Positions 24,629 to 37,679 of a stretch of 64,000 nt of DNA are shown here, in pieces. The DNA lies in contig OZ193910.1 of NCBI GenBank assembly GCA_964276515.1, forward strand, positions 1,612,001 through 1,676,000, given 5' to 3'. The notes beneath the pieces are model-generated. The model ran no database searches. It had not been told where the DNA came from and saw nothing but the letters and a program-made list of their open reading frames with translations. Position 1 is the stretch's first letter. Each line of letters begins with the position of its first letter. The position numbers and the translations under genes were made by a program. This stretch comes from Gordius albopunctatus. Lineage: Eukaryota.

Positions 24629-25798
24629 ATGCAAAATCATCTAGATCATACTAATAGTGTTAATTCAAAGACTCAAAAAGTTAATAAAAACATTGATGCA
24701 AAACCGGAAGATAGTTTAAAGGTAGTCAGCCTTAGAAACGAAATACTTTTTGGGCAGTCTCTTACACAGTGTAAATCTGATTTCATATGTAAGTGGAAGG
24801 ATCCGCCACCTTGTCCAAAAGTCATAGATTCCGATTTTCAAAGAATTAGGGAATTGGGTGAAGGAGCGTTTGGACGCGTTTTATTGGTTAAACATAAAGC
24901 GTCTAATGCCTTATACGCTTCCAAGATTCTGAATAAAGAACACATCTTAAAGTCGAAATGTAAGGAACATGTCTTGACGGAAAAGAGAGTTTTGCAATGC
25001 GTTGACTTCCCATTTTTAATCAAACTCCACTTTTATTACAAGGACGACATCAATCTTTATCTCGTGCTAGAGTATGTTGAATCAGGAGATTTATTTGCGC
25101 ATTTAAAACGCGTTAGACGCTTCGATGATGCAACCGTTAAGTTCTTCGCAGCCCAAGTCGTGCTAGCAATGGAATACTTGCATTTCAACGATCTCTTATA
25201 TCGAGATCTTAAACCGGAAAATATATTACTCGACAATCGTTCATACGTTAAAATAACCGATTTTGGGTTCGTTAAGTTTACACCCGATAGGACTTGGACT
25301 ATATGTGGAACGCCAGAATACATGTCACCGGAAATTATCGAAAACAAAGGCTATAACAAATGTTCCGATTGGTGGTCTCTCGGTGTACTCATATACGAAA
25401 TGACCGCCGGCTATACACCATTTAGGGCTAACGAAGAGAGTGAAATATTTCGGAACATAGTCAACCGTCGTTACGTGAAATGTCCTCGCATGACTAAGGA
25501 ATGCTGTGACTTGGTGGACAATCTCTTACAGAGCGACGTGAGAAAAAGGTACGGCGCTCTTAAAAATGGTATAACAGATATAACGCATCATCCATGGTTT
25601 TACAAAACCGACTGGGAAGCTATATGTGCTAGGACCTTAATCAGCCCATACGCTCCTAAGTCAGTTGATAAAGAAGATCCATTAGCTAAGGATGAAAATA
25701 GAAAAACATTGCTTAAAGCCACACCTAAGACGCACTCTAACGACAAGGGCCCTGACACGATCACTACGACTCACTCTAAAAAAGGAGGGGTTAAGTGA
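24629..25798 (+). CDS. Intronless cAMP-dependent protein kinase catalytic subunit-like kinase
   Basis: 389-aa ORF: GEGAFGRV, YASK, EHVLTEKRVLQCVDFPFL, YRDLKPEN, DFGF, RTWTICGTPEY, KGYNK..DWWSLGVLIYEM, HPWF..TDW. Confidence 0.92.
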   Translation: MQNHLDHTNSVNSKTQKVNKNIDAKPEDSLKVVSLRNEILFGQSLTQCKSDFICKWKDPPPCPKVIDSDFQRIRELGEGAFGRVLLVKHKASNALYASKILNKEHILKSKCKEHVLTEKRVLQCVDFPFLIKLHFYYKDDINLYLVLEYVESGDLFAHLKRVRRFDDATVKFFAAQVVLAMEYLHFNDLLYRDLKPENILLDNRSYVKITDFGFVKFTPDRTWTICGTPEYMSPEIIENKGYNKCSDWWSLGVLIYEMTAGYTPFRANEESEIFRNIVNRRYVKCPRMTKECCDLVDNLLQSDVRKRYGALKNGITDITHHPWFYKTDWEAICARTLISPYAPKSVDKEDPLAKDENRKTLLKATPKTHSNDKGPDTITTTHSKKGGVK

Positions 25799-25946
25799 CA
25801 CCGAAATGACACGTTGAGTATTTTTCTCAACATTCCAACACGCACATAGAATAATTTATTTACTACATTAATCGCTCGATAACATAAAAGTAAAAATAGT
25901 AATGTTACATATGACAATTAATGTTTGAACGATTTGGGACAATTCT

Positions 25947-27143
25947 TCAGCCAGATTCTTTGCCAATCAGACCATCGTGATGCAACTTTTTCTGATATAA
26001 ATAAATTTTAAGGTAATATACATGAGGAAATGAAGGCGGGTTTTTATATCAATACAATCGTTTTTAAACTTTATTTCACGATTAAACATAAACTTATCTA
26101 GGTTTAAGCGTTTAATATAAGTACACCATAAGCCATGGCCGTAGCCAAGGAGGAAAGGAAAGGGCGATTGCCCCCTTTAAATCCAAATTTGTTGAAATTT
26201 ATTAAAAATTTGGCTAAAATTTATAAAAAAATAATCATTTTGCTCCTCTCTAAATCATTATCGCCTCCCCTCTAATTCCAATGCTGGCTAAGCCCATGCC
26301 ACAAGCCAAAATATTAAAATGTAATTCAACATACCATAACGTTAATTTTTTGTTCGCTAGATCCAAGATGTCCTACAATCATAATGATCGTATCATAGTA
26401 TGGACAAGGTCCATCTTTAGAAAAATTCCATCCTTCGGGGTATATTTTTTCTTGGAAAAACAAAAGTTATAAATGTTACTCTAAGGTGAACATATATCTA
26501 ACAAAAATAATAAACAGCGCTAACTTATGTAGATGGAAACTTCATCTTCTGGATCTTTTAAAATTAGAAATTTCCATTAAAATATGACAAGAAACAAGTA
26601 TTTAAACAAAATTTGCCAACTTACATTCTTTTGCAAATTCTATTTCGTAATATCGCTTCGTTATGGGGTCTTGATGGATTCCGACGCTAACTAGATGCAT
26701 ACAATGAACCTTTCAATAGTGTACACGTACAGTAGCTATAAAGCAACTTATTAAGCTATGTTAATTCTCATAGCGTATCGATATAATACGTATAGATAAT
26801 GCGAGTGATAAAGTAATAAGTATTTTGAATTTATCTAATAAACTAACTGCATTTAAACACCCTTTACTTAATACATCATATAAGACACATGGTAAAAATC
26901 AAAATTAGTTTATTTGTTCTTGCAGATAAATAAGAGCTAGACATCGTTGGATCTAAAGTGCTATATAAATTTTAAAACGTAAAATCCAGTTTAAACTCAG
27001 AAATCACAAAATAAATGCTGAATGCTTTCGAATTTACCTTGAAGGTCGCTATTAAATGAAAGGTTCTGCTTAACAGGCTTCGCGTGGACCGTCGTCAATC
27101 CTAGCACCAGCAAAGTAGCCAATATACTATTACAGCCCGTCAT
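25947..27143 (-). CDS. Candidate small secreted protein of unknown family (~120 aa, 5 exons; absent from the ORF track)
   Basis: Phase-consistent GT-AG exons 27143-27038, 26690-26625, 26554-26525, 26450-26335, 25991-25947; N-terminus MTGCNSILATLLVLGLTTVHA-KP looks like a signal peptide. The exon 2 acceptor and the last exon are uncertain. Confidence 0.45.
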
Positions 27144-27937
27144 ATCTTTTTTAAATTATATGAAAAAGTGTCAAAGATGATATAAAGAACTTTTTGTTTT
27201 TTCGATCGTGTACCTTAATAGTTGGTACATGATTTTGGCATTACCTTTTAATAAGAATTTAGACGATAAACATGTAAATAACATAATAAACAAGGTCGAG
27301 GTCATCATAGCTTATATGTTGATGTATATAAGTTAACAGTTCCAAGTTAGATTGGTTAACTAAACATTAGCCTAAAAAGGATTTATTGATTATTAAAATT
27401 CAAAGATTCATATTTTATTGCGCCATAATTTTCGCCATTTTATATTTTTTCCAGACAAAAAATTAAAAATATAATTATTTAAAAATTATAAACTAAGCTT
27501 TGCTGCAATCAGCTTTAATCCCAGTATTGAGAAATGTATGACACGTTTTGATTCTTATTGTTTATTTTATCTACCTCCTCCGTGCCAAGAAACTAAACTT
27601 TATCAACGCTGGGCTAAAAAAAATAGGGTCGGGTCAAAGGGCAATGAGGAAATAAGAAAGATGCTCCATCTAAATTCAAATATTATAATCTATATTTAAT
27701 GAATTTTAGCTTTTGACCCTCCCTAAATTATTGTTTAGCTTTTGACCCTCCTTTAATTTAAATCCTGGCTATCGTGCCCCCAGTTTTCATTTATATTAAT
27801 ACTGATCAAGTAGTTAGAGATCGCTCCTGCTCATCTCGATTAAAACGCAGCTCAACTAATCGTATTATAATTGGCAATTTAAAACATATATAAATGCATT
27901 TAGTACATTATTTAATATCTATATATGTTATATAATA

Positions 27938-28651
27938 TACTAGCTGTGCCCGGCCAAGCGTTGCTTTGGCTCAGTCCTCAAGTGGTTAAATGTGTATAAC
28001 CTATTAATAAGACTACTTATCTAAAATGGGGTCATAATTCAAATAAATAAAATATCCATAATATTTATTCAGAGCACGAATTTTATCCCGTCGTGGATTT
28101 TATGAACCCACTATTTTTAGTATATATATAATAAGACAAACCAAATGCGAATTCTGTTTTAGTCATCAAATCCGACTTACAATAATACCATTATTTTATT
28201 TTTCTAGTTATCTGATTTATTTGAAATACAATTTTCTTTAATATAATATAATAATTAATTGAAGGATGGATAATTATTAAAAATATGCTTCTATGATCGA
28301 CCACGTGATAATAATTTAAATATTATTTATTAAATTAAAATAGTTTGTTAAACCCCAATAATTTTGACCGTATACTGTAACATTTTTATTATACTTTTAA
28401 ATATCTAAATCGAAAAAACTTCAGCCTTGTATGTATGACGTCATTATTGTATATGCTGCTATAAATGAAACTGACCGGTAAATGTGCTATATTTTTAAAA
28501 CTAAAAGGAATTTTAGGATTCTGAAAAAGCTATTTTAGCCCTGGCCGCCCTGGGCATCTACGGTTAAATTTTCGCGCGAATCGGGCCTGTAGTTTTAGAA
28601 TTAAGCTATTTTTTAAAACTAAAAGGCCCATGTTTTTAAAACTAAAAGGAA
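27938..28651 (+). mobile_element. Helitron-like non-autonomous repeat, left part (continues at 36296-36418)
   Basis: Starts TACTAGCTGTGCCCGGCCAAGCGTTGC; its internal unit TTTTAGGATTC.GAAAAAGCTATTTTA..CCTGGCCGCCCTGGGCATCTACGG recurs just after the second gap. Confidence 0.55.
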
Positions 28652-28851
28652 NNNNNNNNNNNNNNNNNNNNNNNNNNNNNNNNNNNNNNNNNNNNNNNNN
28701 NNNNNNNNNNNNNNNNNNNNNNNNNNNNNNNNNNNNNNNNNNNNNNNNNNNNNNNNNNNNNNNNNNNNNNNNNNNNNNNNNNNNNNNNNNNNNNNNNNNN
28801 NNNNNNNNNNNNNNNNNNNNNNNNNNNNNNNNNNNNNNNNNNNNNNNNNNN
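28652..28851. other. Assembly gap (200 N)
   Basis: Run of exactly 200 N. Confidence 1.
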
Positions 28852-31496
28852 CATCCAGCAAACTTTATATTAAAATTTGGGTCATAATAGCCAAGATTTG
28901 GGGACTGGGGAGGGCAAATTGATAATTTGTTGTTTATCTAAAAATGATTTCATTAAATATCATAAATAAATTTAATAGGGGCAGCCGCCCCTTCTTGCCC
29001 CCCCCCCTGACCGCCCTCCTAGGAATCCATTATTTAAATGGTATCTAAGAGATGCCTTGATTTCTAGTAATACCGATTACCACTACTAGTAGAATTTTCA
29101 TTCTTCTCTTCATCACATGCATAAATCGATAAAGTCATCTAAACTAACCCTGGCCCCTCTCGTGCTGGTTTAGTGGCACAAGTGCTTAATGCGTTGACAT
29201 AGCTGAGGACAGGAGGACATCAGTACTGGAGGGGGGGGCAGGTTAAAAAGCGGGCAAATATAATATTTTTCTTTTAAACAATATTTGACTTTATTGTAGA
29301 AGCTGTGAAGTATGGGGGGGGGGGCAGTAGTTCCTCCTTGCCCCCTTGGCTAGTTGCCCTTACCCACCTAAATCTCTCACCTTCATCCCGATCGTAATTA
29401 TTGATTTTATATTTCGAAGCGCGACAAAGTCTTTTACCTAGTGTAGTATGATGATACTAGGGATTTGGAATTGGGACGCGCATAATTTGCTCTTAGCTTT
29501 CAATAATCACGCTAATTACCATTACTTAATTCGATATTATATATCCGATTAGGGGATGGGGCCACATTTTAAATTTCAACGGAAAAATAATTTTTTTCTA
29601 AATTGTCTGAATTGTGCATTTTATGTAAAAAATTTGCAGTCAAGTTTCATCAAATTACACTTTAAGAATCCAGGGTGTTTCTATCATGGGCGTAGCCAAA
29701 GGGGGCATGGAGGGGTGGCTGCCCCCCTCTAAATCCTAAAATGTGTTGAAATATATTAAAATTATGGGGCAAAATTTTCAAAAAATCATCATTTCGCCCC
29801 TCCTTAAAACAATATTGCCCCCCCTCTAATTCCAGTGCTGGCTTCGCGCAGGGTTTCTAGATCTCCTCCCACCCGCATTATATTATGTTTTCTTCAATTC
29901 AACCATACCTATAACTCAAAAACTGAAATATTTCTATACATTTGACTACACGACTTTAGCCCTTGGGCTTGTGTAAATAAATGAAAAAATCTTGTTAAAA
30001 ATCAATAAAGATGTGATAGCAGCTATATGATTCAACACCCATTTTAAAATCACGTAAGATGCCGCCTTTCTTCTTTACATAAAATTTGCAATCTGGCATT
30101 GCCTGAGGAGAGCCAACCTGAAGTATTAAAACTAACCAACAACAATACATAACATAGTATTATTGTATGTATATATAGTAAGTCTAAGTAGTGAACTCGT
30201 TCTCTCTCTCTCCCTATATGATATGGTATATGTCTTTTAGGAAGCAAGGGGTTGATAAAACTTGTGTGTTTTGTATTGTATGAAGTGTAGTAGTTGTAGT
30301 AGTATGACTTTTTTTACTAAGTTACACCGATGATGAGATGACATCGGTCTATTTGTGTGTCGTCAAACAACCCCCCACCCCCCACAAATCATAGGGAGGG
30401 GGGGGGGGTAGGGTATAACACGTGACTATATCACTAAACCGCCCGCCCCGCCCCCCGTTTATAAATATCGACCCCGTCTTTTATTTTAAATCGGTGTTAT
30501 ATGCATGTTATTGTGTTGTAGCACACTTCTCACTATTATCACTTCTGTGCAAAATGTAATATAGGCAAGGGTTAGATTCAGTGATTTATTTGATAATATG
30601 TATTTATTTGATATAAAATAGTATTATACATTTTGATATAACTCATTTTGTTTCAATTAACAATCATAGTATCCTTTTATTACCTACTTTTTTAGTACAT
30701 AATTACATGCGTATGAATATGCGTGACGACGGGTCTCAATTTCTAAAATACGCGAATATTACATTTTGCACCAGATTCACTATTATTCTACTATGATGAG
30801 ATGAGGACTATAGCAAACGCGGGCATCATATTCACTCTTCTCCAGCTCCACACACCATACTGACTGCTAGCCTAGCTGCATCAAAGCGGGGGGAAGGGGG
30901 GGGGCGGCGGCGGCGGCGGTAGGGGAGAAGCTCATCAAAGTGTGTGTGTACGTGTACGTGTAGTAAACCAATAAAAATGTATTAATAAAATAATAGAAGC
31001 AACACTCCCATCCCTATCATAATGTTCAGCGCACTTACAAACAAAGGCACCACCACCACCTACCAACTTACTTAAATATATAATAATTTCTTGGGTTGGG
31101 CAGCATTGAATCGAGAAATCATCGATAGAGATATATAGTGGTGTGGATTTGATAGGGGTCGGTGGTGGGATGGGGGTAGAGGCATTGATTTTTAATAACG
31201 TCACAAAACCTGGCTTCCCTTCGGAGTCCCTCCCGCATCAATATTCAATGGGACTTTTCGTAACGCGCGTCGCCCTGGTTACGACACTTTGTTAGAGCGT
31301 GGAGAGGACAAATTATATTATTGATAACTTTATCAAGCAGCCTCTGCGCGCTCGTTCTCAGTGTTAGTGTCGCGTTGCCAATTTGGCACACTATGCCCCC
31401 ACCCCCACACATTACGTTGATCGTCTCCAAAATCTATTTTGAATACTCTACGAGAGAAAGTTAATAATATCATATTGTTGTCGCGTAGTATAGTTA

Positions 31497-32210
31497 ATGG
31501 CTAATTACGACGAAAGCACTACTTCAAATTTAAACGCTGCTACTACTACAGCAGCAGCAACAACGCTTAGTAATACCATTCATTCCCCACCTGGTATAAA
31601 TAGCACGTATCGGATGAAGCGTAAAAAATTTATGAGTTTAACGTCAGCAGCGGTTACGCTCAAGAGTAAGCTACTCAAGCTTTCCCTCACCAAACTCGGC
31701 CAAATCACGGATCCAGAAATCAAGCTGAGACGCTGCGTACTCATATACAACGCTGCGAAGGCGCTCAAGCGCGAAATCGTGGCGCTAGAGGAGAAGCGTA
31801 GCGCTGCCCTTAACGCTTCTTGCCCATCTCCCTGCTCGATTAACGGGAAAAAAGGTCAGTACATTATAAAGGAAGAAGACGCTCTACTTAAAACTTACAA
31901 CGTTCCCCCAATTTCTAGCGATCCTACGACTGTATCAGCACCCTGCCCGGGTAAAGATCAATACAGGTATTCCAATAGCGGCGTTACCTATCATTTTTAT
32001 CCGACGTCCTCAAATCGTAATAACTACGAACCGCTTGACGCTCGGGGCTACCAAATAGGGGCGTCAAAAAACGCTACCACTTCGGCATCATATTCCATGT
32101 TGGATTTTTCGAAATATTCTCAACATCATCATACATTAACAAGTCCCTCATCATCCCCACCATTAATCGCAAATTCGCCAGTGGAAAGTTTAAAATTATT
32201 CGATTTTTAA
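31497..32210 (+). CDS. SERTA-domain protein (SERTAD/CDCA4/Taranis-like), duplicate copy
   Basis: 237-aa ORF with LLKLSLTKLGQITDPEIKLRRCVLIYNAAKALKREI, the SERTA signature; protein identical to 54734-55447. Confidence 0.8.
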   Translation: MANYDESTTSNLNAATTTAAATTLSNTIHSPPGINSTYRMKRKKFMSLTSAAVTLKSKLLKLSLTKLGQITDPEIKLRRCVLIYNAAKALKREIVALEEKRSAALNASCPSPCSINGKKGQYIIKEEDALLKTYNVPPISSDPTTVSAPCPGKDQYRYSNSGVTYHFYPTSSNRNNYEPLDARGYQIGASKNATTSASYSMLDFSKYSQHHHTLTSPSSSPPLIANSPVESLKLFDF

Positions 32211-33931
32211 TGATAACCACGGGCGTAGCCAAGGGAGGGGGGCAAGGAGGGGCGGCTGCCCCCTCTCTAATTCCAGGGCTGACTAAGCCCGTGTCGATTA
32301 CGATTGTTATCTAAAATTTTGTCAAAAAATAAAATGCGTTACCAAAAGATCTCTGTTTCTTCATTATTTACCCTGAAAATATTTATTGGGGACCGACCCG
32401 CATGAATTGAATCACGGAATGGCAATACGGATGAGACTATTTGTAAAATATGGACAACTCACAAATTTTTTATTGATGCGTACTACTATTTTATTATTTA
32501 TATGTGACATATCTATTTATATTTTGTGTCTCGTTAAAAGTGATCAATAAAATTGACCGTTATCTCTGGATATTTATTTAAGTTTCCAAAAAGTATAAGT
32601 TAGTAGCGTCGAATCTTTGTTTAGCGTTAAAAAAATATATATGGTTTGGCAGGATATATTTGAAAATCTGCCCCCCCCCCTTTAAATCTAAAAATTTGTT
32701 GAAATTTATTAAAATTATGGGGCTAAAATTTGAAAAACACTCATCTAAATGAACATTATACTTGAGTATGGACTTCTACAGGACGTGGCCAAATTTAAAT
32801 AACCTGTAAAATTAATTAAATTTTGGATTAAACTTGTGGAAAAATATTATTTGCCTTTCACTACATTATTATAATTAATATCTTGGCTTGTAATATAAAA
32901 AAATAATCTCCAAATTACAGTCACTTTTTAATTAAAAATAACCCCATTGTTTTACAATTCATAAATATTGAAGGATAAAATTATTAAGTTGGAGTTTTAA
33001 AGGAACTGAAATTGTGTTATTTATCCAAACTAGCTTGATTTAGAGAGAAAATTTAATATTGTTTGTCAATCTTAAATACCCGATTAGAAGATACATAAAG
33101 TAAATCAACAACCTAAAAAAGAATATTTTACTTTATAATACTTAAAGTTTAAGATTAATATTTTAAAAAATATAGCATTATTCGTAATAAATCAAATGAA
33201 TTTTTAAAAGAATTCTTAACAACAAATTAATTTATTTTTAATAATATTAATTACAAGCAAAAAAACTAAAATATAATAATCTATAAAATTCACCTTTTTT
33301 TAACACCCTCTAAATTGTTGTTCTTTTTTGGTGAAAAAATCAATTTTAAAAGATCACTTACTCTAGCTATACTGCTTATGGAGAGTGTATTAAAAGGTCA
33401 TTTAAGAAATCAATAACTGCCACCGATTGTTCCTATAATTGAAAGTGAAACTATAATACCTAAATTTTTATTTTGACACCTCATTACTCTTAAAAGTTGT
33501 CAGATTTCAAATAAATTAATTGCATTTTTTGCTAAAATTTAGTAAAAAAATTCTTAAAATTTATTTTAAAAAAGGACTAATTTTTTATATTACGAAAATG
33601 GAGAAAGAAAGAATGTATTTTTTTTAATTTCGCCCTAATTTGCTTGCATATATAAATTTTAAATTTAAAAAGAATAAGTCTAATTCTTATTTAAGATCAA
33701 ACTTTAAAACAAAAAGTTTAAAAAATGTAATTTCAATTGATGCTTTATTTATAATCAAATTATTAAACACGAAATTTTATTGCACGATTGCAGGGCTCCG
33801 TTCTAAAGAGTTGTAACTTTTTGTAATCTGATCCATTTAATTTTAATTTTTGTTTGAAACTTGATTTAGGAAGATGAAAAATTGCTGTAAAACTTCACGT
33901 TTCACGACTCTAAGTTATTCTAGGAGACATT

Positions 33932-36095
33932 TTAAAGTTGTAAGTATTGAGCGTAGTTGTATCCCGAAACAGAAAAATCTTGAGCATAGAGCTGAATTAA
34001 AGATCTAACTTGTTTTTTACTCAATTGTTTCATGTATTTCTTAACTACCCTTCCACTGGCACGGCTTTTTCTCTCTAAAGTATCATGTCTTAGGGTTGGA
34101 AATTGGGCCCGGAGCCTACCAAAATTAAGCCTAGAATGTCGTCGAGCTATTCTGTGTAAGATGTAATTTTTGTCGAAAGTAAAAGTTTCGAAATGTCCCA
34201 AAATATCGAAACGAGCTTTGCAAGGAGAACATAGTTCGACGAATGGCCTCCATAATTTGTCACCTTTCAAGGTTAGGTGGCGTTCGTACAGTATGTAAGA
34301 TACGAATTCTGGAAATGTGACATCGTGGCCCCTGTTAAAAAATTCATAAATTATGTGCAAATTGTAATTGGGTGATGGTTATAAATATAAATTTTATAAT
34401 AGTGACTTCCGGCCTAGCGAGGGGGTGTCAGAAAGGGGCAGCTGCCCCCCTCTCTAAATCCAAAAATTTGTCAAATTTTAATATAATCATGGATAAAATT
34501 ACTAAAAATTATTATTTTGCCCCTGACTAAATCATTTTTGTCCCCTATAAATCCAACCCTGGCTTCGCCTATGGTGACTATTTAATTTCAAAACAGGCGA
34601 GATCGGTTTAAACATTGTAAACATTTAGAAATAGTTGCTTCTTTTTCTTATGAAAGTTCAACATTATTGGATTCTGAAAATGTAAAGGACCCTGGATTAG
34701 AGAACTGTAAAGTAACTTTATTTCAACACGAACCTGACTTGAAATATTTCGAAAGTTTTTAACCTCCGCACGATCCGATCCGAAAGCATTTCAAAATTTC
34801 AATTGGAACCCGAAGGGATTCGGGTCACCCGTGCATGTTCCTACCTTGGATTCTCCTGTATTCCTCACCAAGTGTTATTATTGGAGTTTAAAAACAACAT
34901 TAATTTGTCACTAGGATTAGGCTTATTTTCAAATTCACCTTTTATATTAAAACGTAACATGTCGCCTTTAGAGGATGTGCACTCTGGCATGTGTATTTAA
35001 TTCGGATGATCTAAATAATAGAGGAAGTAGGCCCCGACTCTAGTTATTATTTACTCAAAGATGCCCTACCCCTATGTTTGCATATTTGCTCTAGTTTAAT
35101 TGCATTCTAACATTTTTATGACATCCGTTGCTTAGGCTAATATTAGTAAATTCGAGAATAAAGGGGCTCCTGAAGATCGTGAATTTAAAAAAAATAAAAT
35201 TTTTGTAAAATCCTGTATAATAATTTAAAATAGAATATACGCATTTCGTGCTTAGATCTTGTGGTTTTAATTTTGTTCAAAAAACTACCATTGACTCGCC
35301 TGATGAATAGAGTGTTAACCCAGGATTGGAATTGGAACTAGAGAGGGCAATTAAGATTTAAGGAGGGGCAAAAGGAAATTTTTTTGATATTTTCACCAAA
35401 CCTTTCCAAATAATTATGATATACTCAGTTTAAATTCCCCAATATAATTATGAATGAAAGTTGCCCAATTTTCAAATCCATAAGCAATGCTTAATGCCTT
35501 TTTAAATCGCTTTAGGCAAAATATGATAAAATTCCGGCCCAAACCCAAGCCCTATTATTTTATCAAATTTAGCCTTAGCCCCGCCCAAAACTTTTCAGGG
35601 CCGCCGGGCCGGGTCGGGCCTCGGGCGGCCCGTGTAGACTTACAAAACACGAGATGATAGGGAGGCGTTAGGTCTAAAGTGAGCTATTATGAAGGTACCG
35701 AGGTGTAATTGATAAAACCGATTCATTTCACCGGCTGCCAGTGTAAATTTATCTAGGTAAGCGGAAACCAATCTTTCGAAAGGATGACGAACGAAAGCGA
35801 AAGTCAGGAAAGACGTTGAAATGTTGGTAAAACATTTGTTTTCGGACCAATACCCATTTCCCGCATACAAATTATTTTTGTAATGAGCATCCAGCATCGA
35901 TATTCGATCTGCTAGTTGCTGATCATTTTGGAGAGCTTTGGCCGTGCCGAAATAATCGAGGATTGCCTTGGACTTTGATTTTTTAGTGTGCATTCTGAGT
36001 TTAGGAGTTACCATAGATTTCGCATATCGATCATACATATTGGAATTCGATCCTTCTGATTTTGAACGGGTTTCACTGAGTAACATAAGCATTTT
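33932..36095 (-). CDS. Carbohydrate sulfotransferase, duplicate copy 5'-truncated by the gap
   Basis: Exons 36095-35644 and 34331-33932 mirror the complete gene at 50304-53011. Confidence 0.8.
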
Positions 36096-36295
36096 NNNNN
36101 NNNNNNNNNNNNNNNNNNNNNNNNNNNNNNNNNNNNNNNNNNNNNNNNNNNNNNNNNNNNNNNNNNNNNNNNNNNNNNNNNNNNNNNNNNNNNNNNNNNN
36201 NNNNNNNNNNNNNNNNNNNNNNNNNNNNNNNNNNNNNNNNNNNNNNNNNNNNNNNNNNNNNNNNNNNNNNNNNNNNNNNNNNNNNNNNNNNNNNN
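36096..36295. other. Assembly gap (200 N)
   Basis: Run of exactly 200 N. Confidence 1.
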
Positions 36296-36418
36296 TTTTA
36301 GGATTCAGAAAAAGCTATTTTACCCCTGGCCGCCCTGGGCATCTACGGTTAAATTTTCGCACGAATCGGGCCGGTAGTTTCAGAGATTAGCCCTTACATA
36401 CATATATTATATAAAGAT
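36296..36418 (+). mobile_element. Helitron-like repeat, right part
   Basis: Near-copy of 28510-28600, then AATCGG...TAGTTT, (ACAT)n and TATATAAAGAT, an end structure seen in non-autonomous Helitron-like repeats. Confidence 0.55.
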
Positions 36419-36695
36419 ATATATAATGAAATAATATTAGCACATTTAGTTATTAAAAAAATGCCTATTATTATATGATTTAAATAATTTTACTTATAAC
36501 TTACTTTATTATAATTAAGAAATATTTCATAATATCTATTTCTTATAACCTTATTATATAATGCATTACTTTATTCAATTATATTTTTTACTTTAAATAT
36601 CTGAGTTTTAATTGAGTTCAGTAGGATTCTTAGAGATTACTTCAAGAAAAGTCGGTATATAGTCTGGATTACTATGTAGCTAGCAAAATAACTAT

Positions 36696-36738
36696 GGCAT
36701 ACTGATGAGCTCCAATAAGAGCAAAAACGTTATATGTC
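36696..36738 (+). ncRNA. Minimal hammerhead ribozyme relic (GAAA box mutated to AAAA)
   Basis: GGCATA-CTGATGA-GCTC-CAATAA-GAGC-AAAA-ACGT-TA-TATGTC; palindromic AACGTT stem III and UUA cleavage triplet. Confidence 0.65.
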
Positions 36739-37679
36739 TGTTTTTATTTTCAAGTCACATTCTAAAAGAGGTGGGAATAATTTAGTCAAATAAATTAGTC
36801 TCTAATTTAAAATATGTCCTAGATGGCATGTTAATTAGAGTTATTCTTATTTGATTCACGTGTATCACCCCCCCCGTCCCCACTAAATGACGAAAAAGAA
36901 AAATTTCGATGCAAAAACGTCTTAAAAATAAAAAAATAGGTTTCGCCCCCTTCCCCCCCCCTAATCCAAAACCTGGTTCTAAACTTCCTAAGAAGGGATT
37001 GTCTCTTATATGAATCCCGATTCTTTACGATCTGAGAACAACTTCATCGAAATAAAAGAGTTAAATATAATTCGGTATCCATAGTTATAATAAGAGCTTC
37101 ACGTATTTTATGTCAAATAATATCTATTCCGGACCAATAAAAATCTAAGGCCCGGGCTAGAATTTTCATTCTTCTAATTTTTAAGACCCTGCCTCATGTG
37201 ACTACTTTAAAAATGAAATTCTCGAAATGGGGGGGGGTAGAGGGGTAGCAATGTTTTTTTTGCTTTTACTAAATTTTATTGAAAAATCTTACTTTATAAG
37301 TGAGGAATAAAATAACTTTATCGCGGTGAGTAAGAGATTGAGACGCCAAAATGTGGGTAAATACAAATTAATATTAAGGCCTCCAAAATAGTTGCATTTA
37401 TTTTTTCTTAAATAAATGCAACTATATAATAAATACCGAATGCAACGGTATTTTTAATAAAAATTTATTATGGAGATTGTTAAATCTATTACATTATGTG
37501 GGACTTTTTTAATTTTTACCTCTTCATTTTGCCTTTCAATTATTATATAATAAGTATTTTGTATTTTTTCATAATTTTCCTAAACATTTCATGCTCCACA
37601 ACAATTATTAAATAATAAACACTTTGTAATTTCCGTACACACAACAGAGCGTAAAATAATAATAATAGAAAGTGGTTGT

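Larger units (their letters stand above)
28852..36095. repeat. Gap-bounded contig that is an inverted near-identical copy of 50848-58073 (probable haplotig)
   Basis: Reverse complement matches along the whole length with scattered SNPs and small indels; mirrored ORFs have identical translations (31497/54734, 33932/52583, 34803/51943, 31245/55514). Confidence 0.95.

Noticed and set aside
28619..28887. ORFs made mostly of X residues, also 35968-36390
   Set aside because: They only span N gaps.
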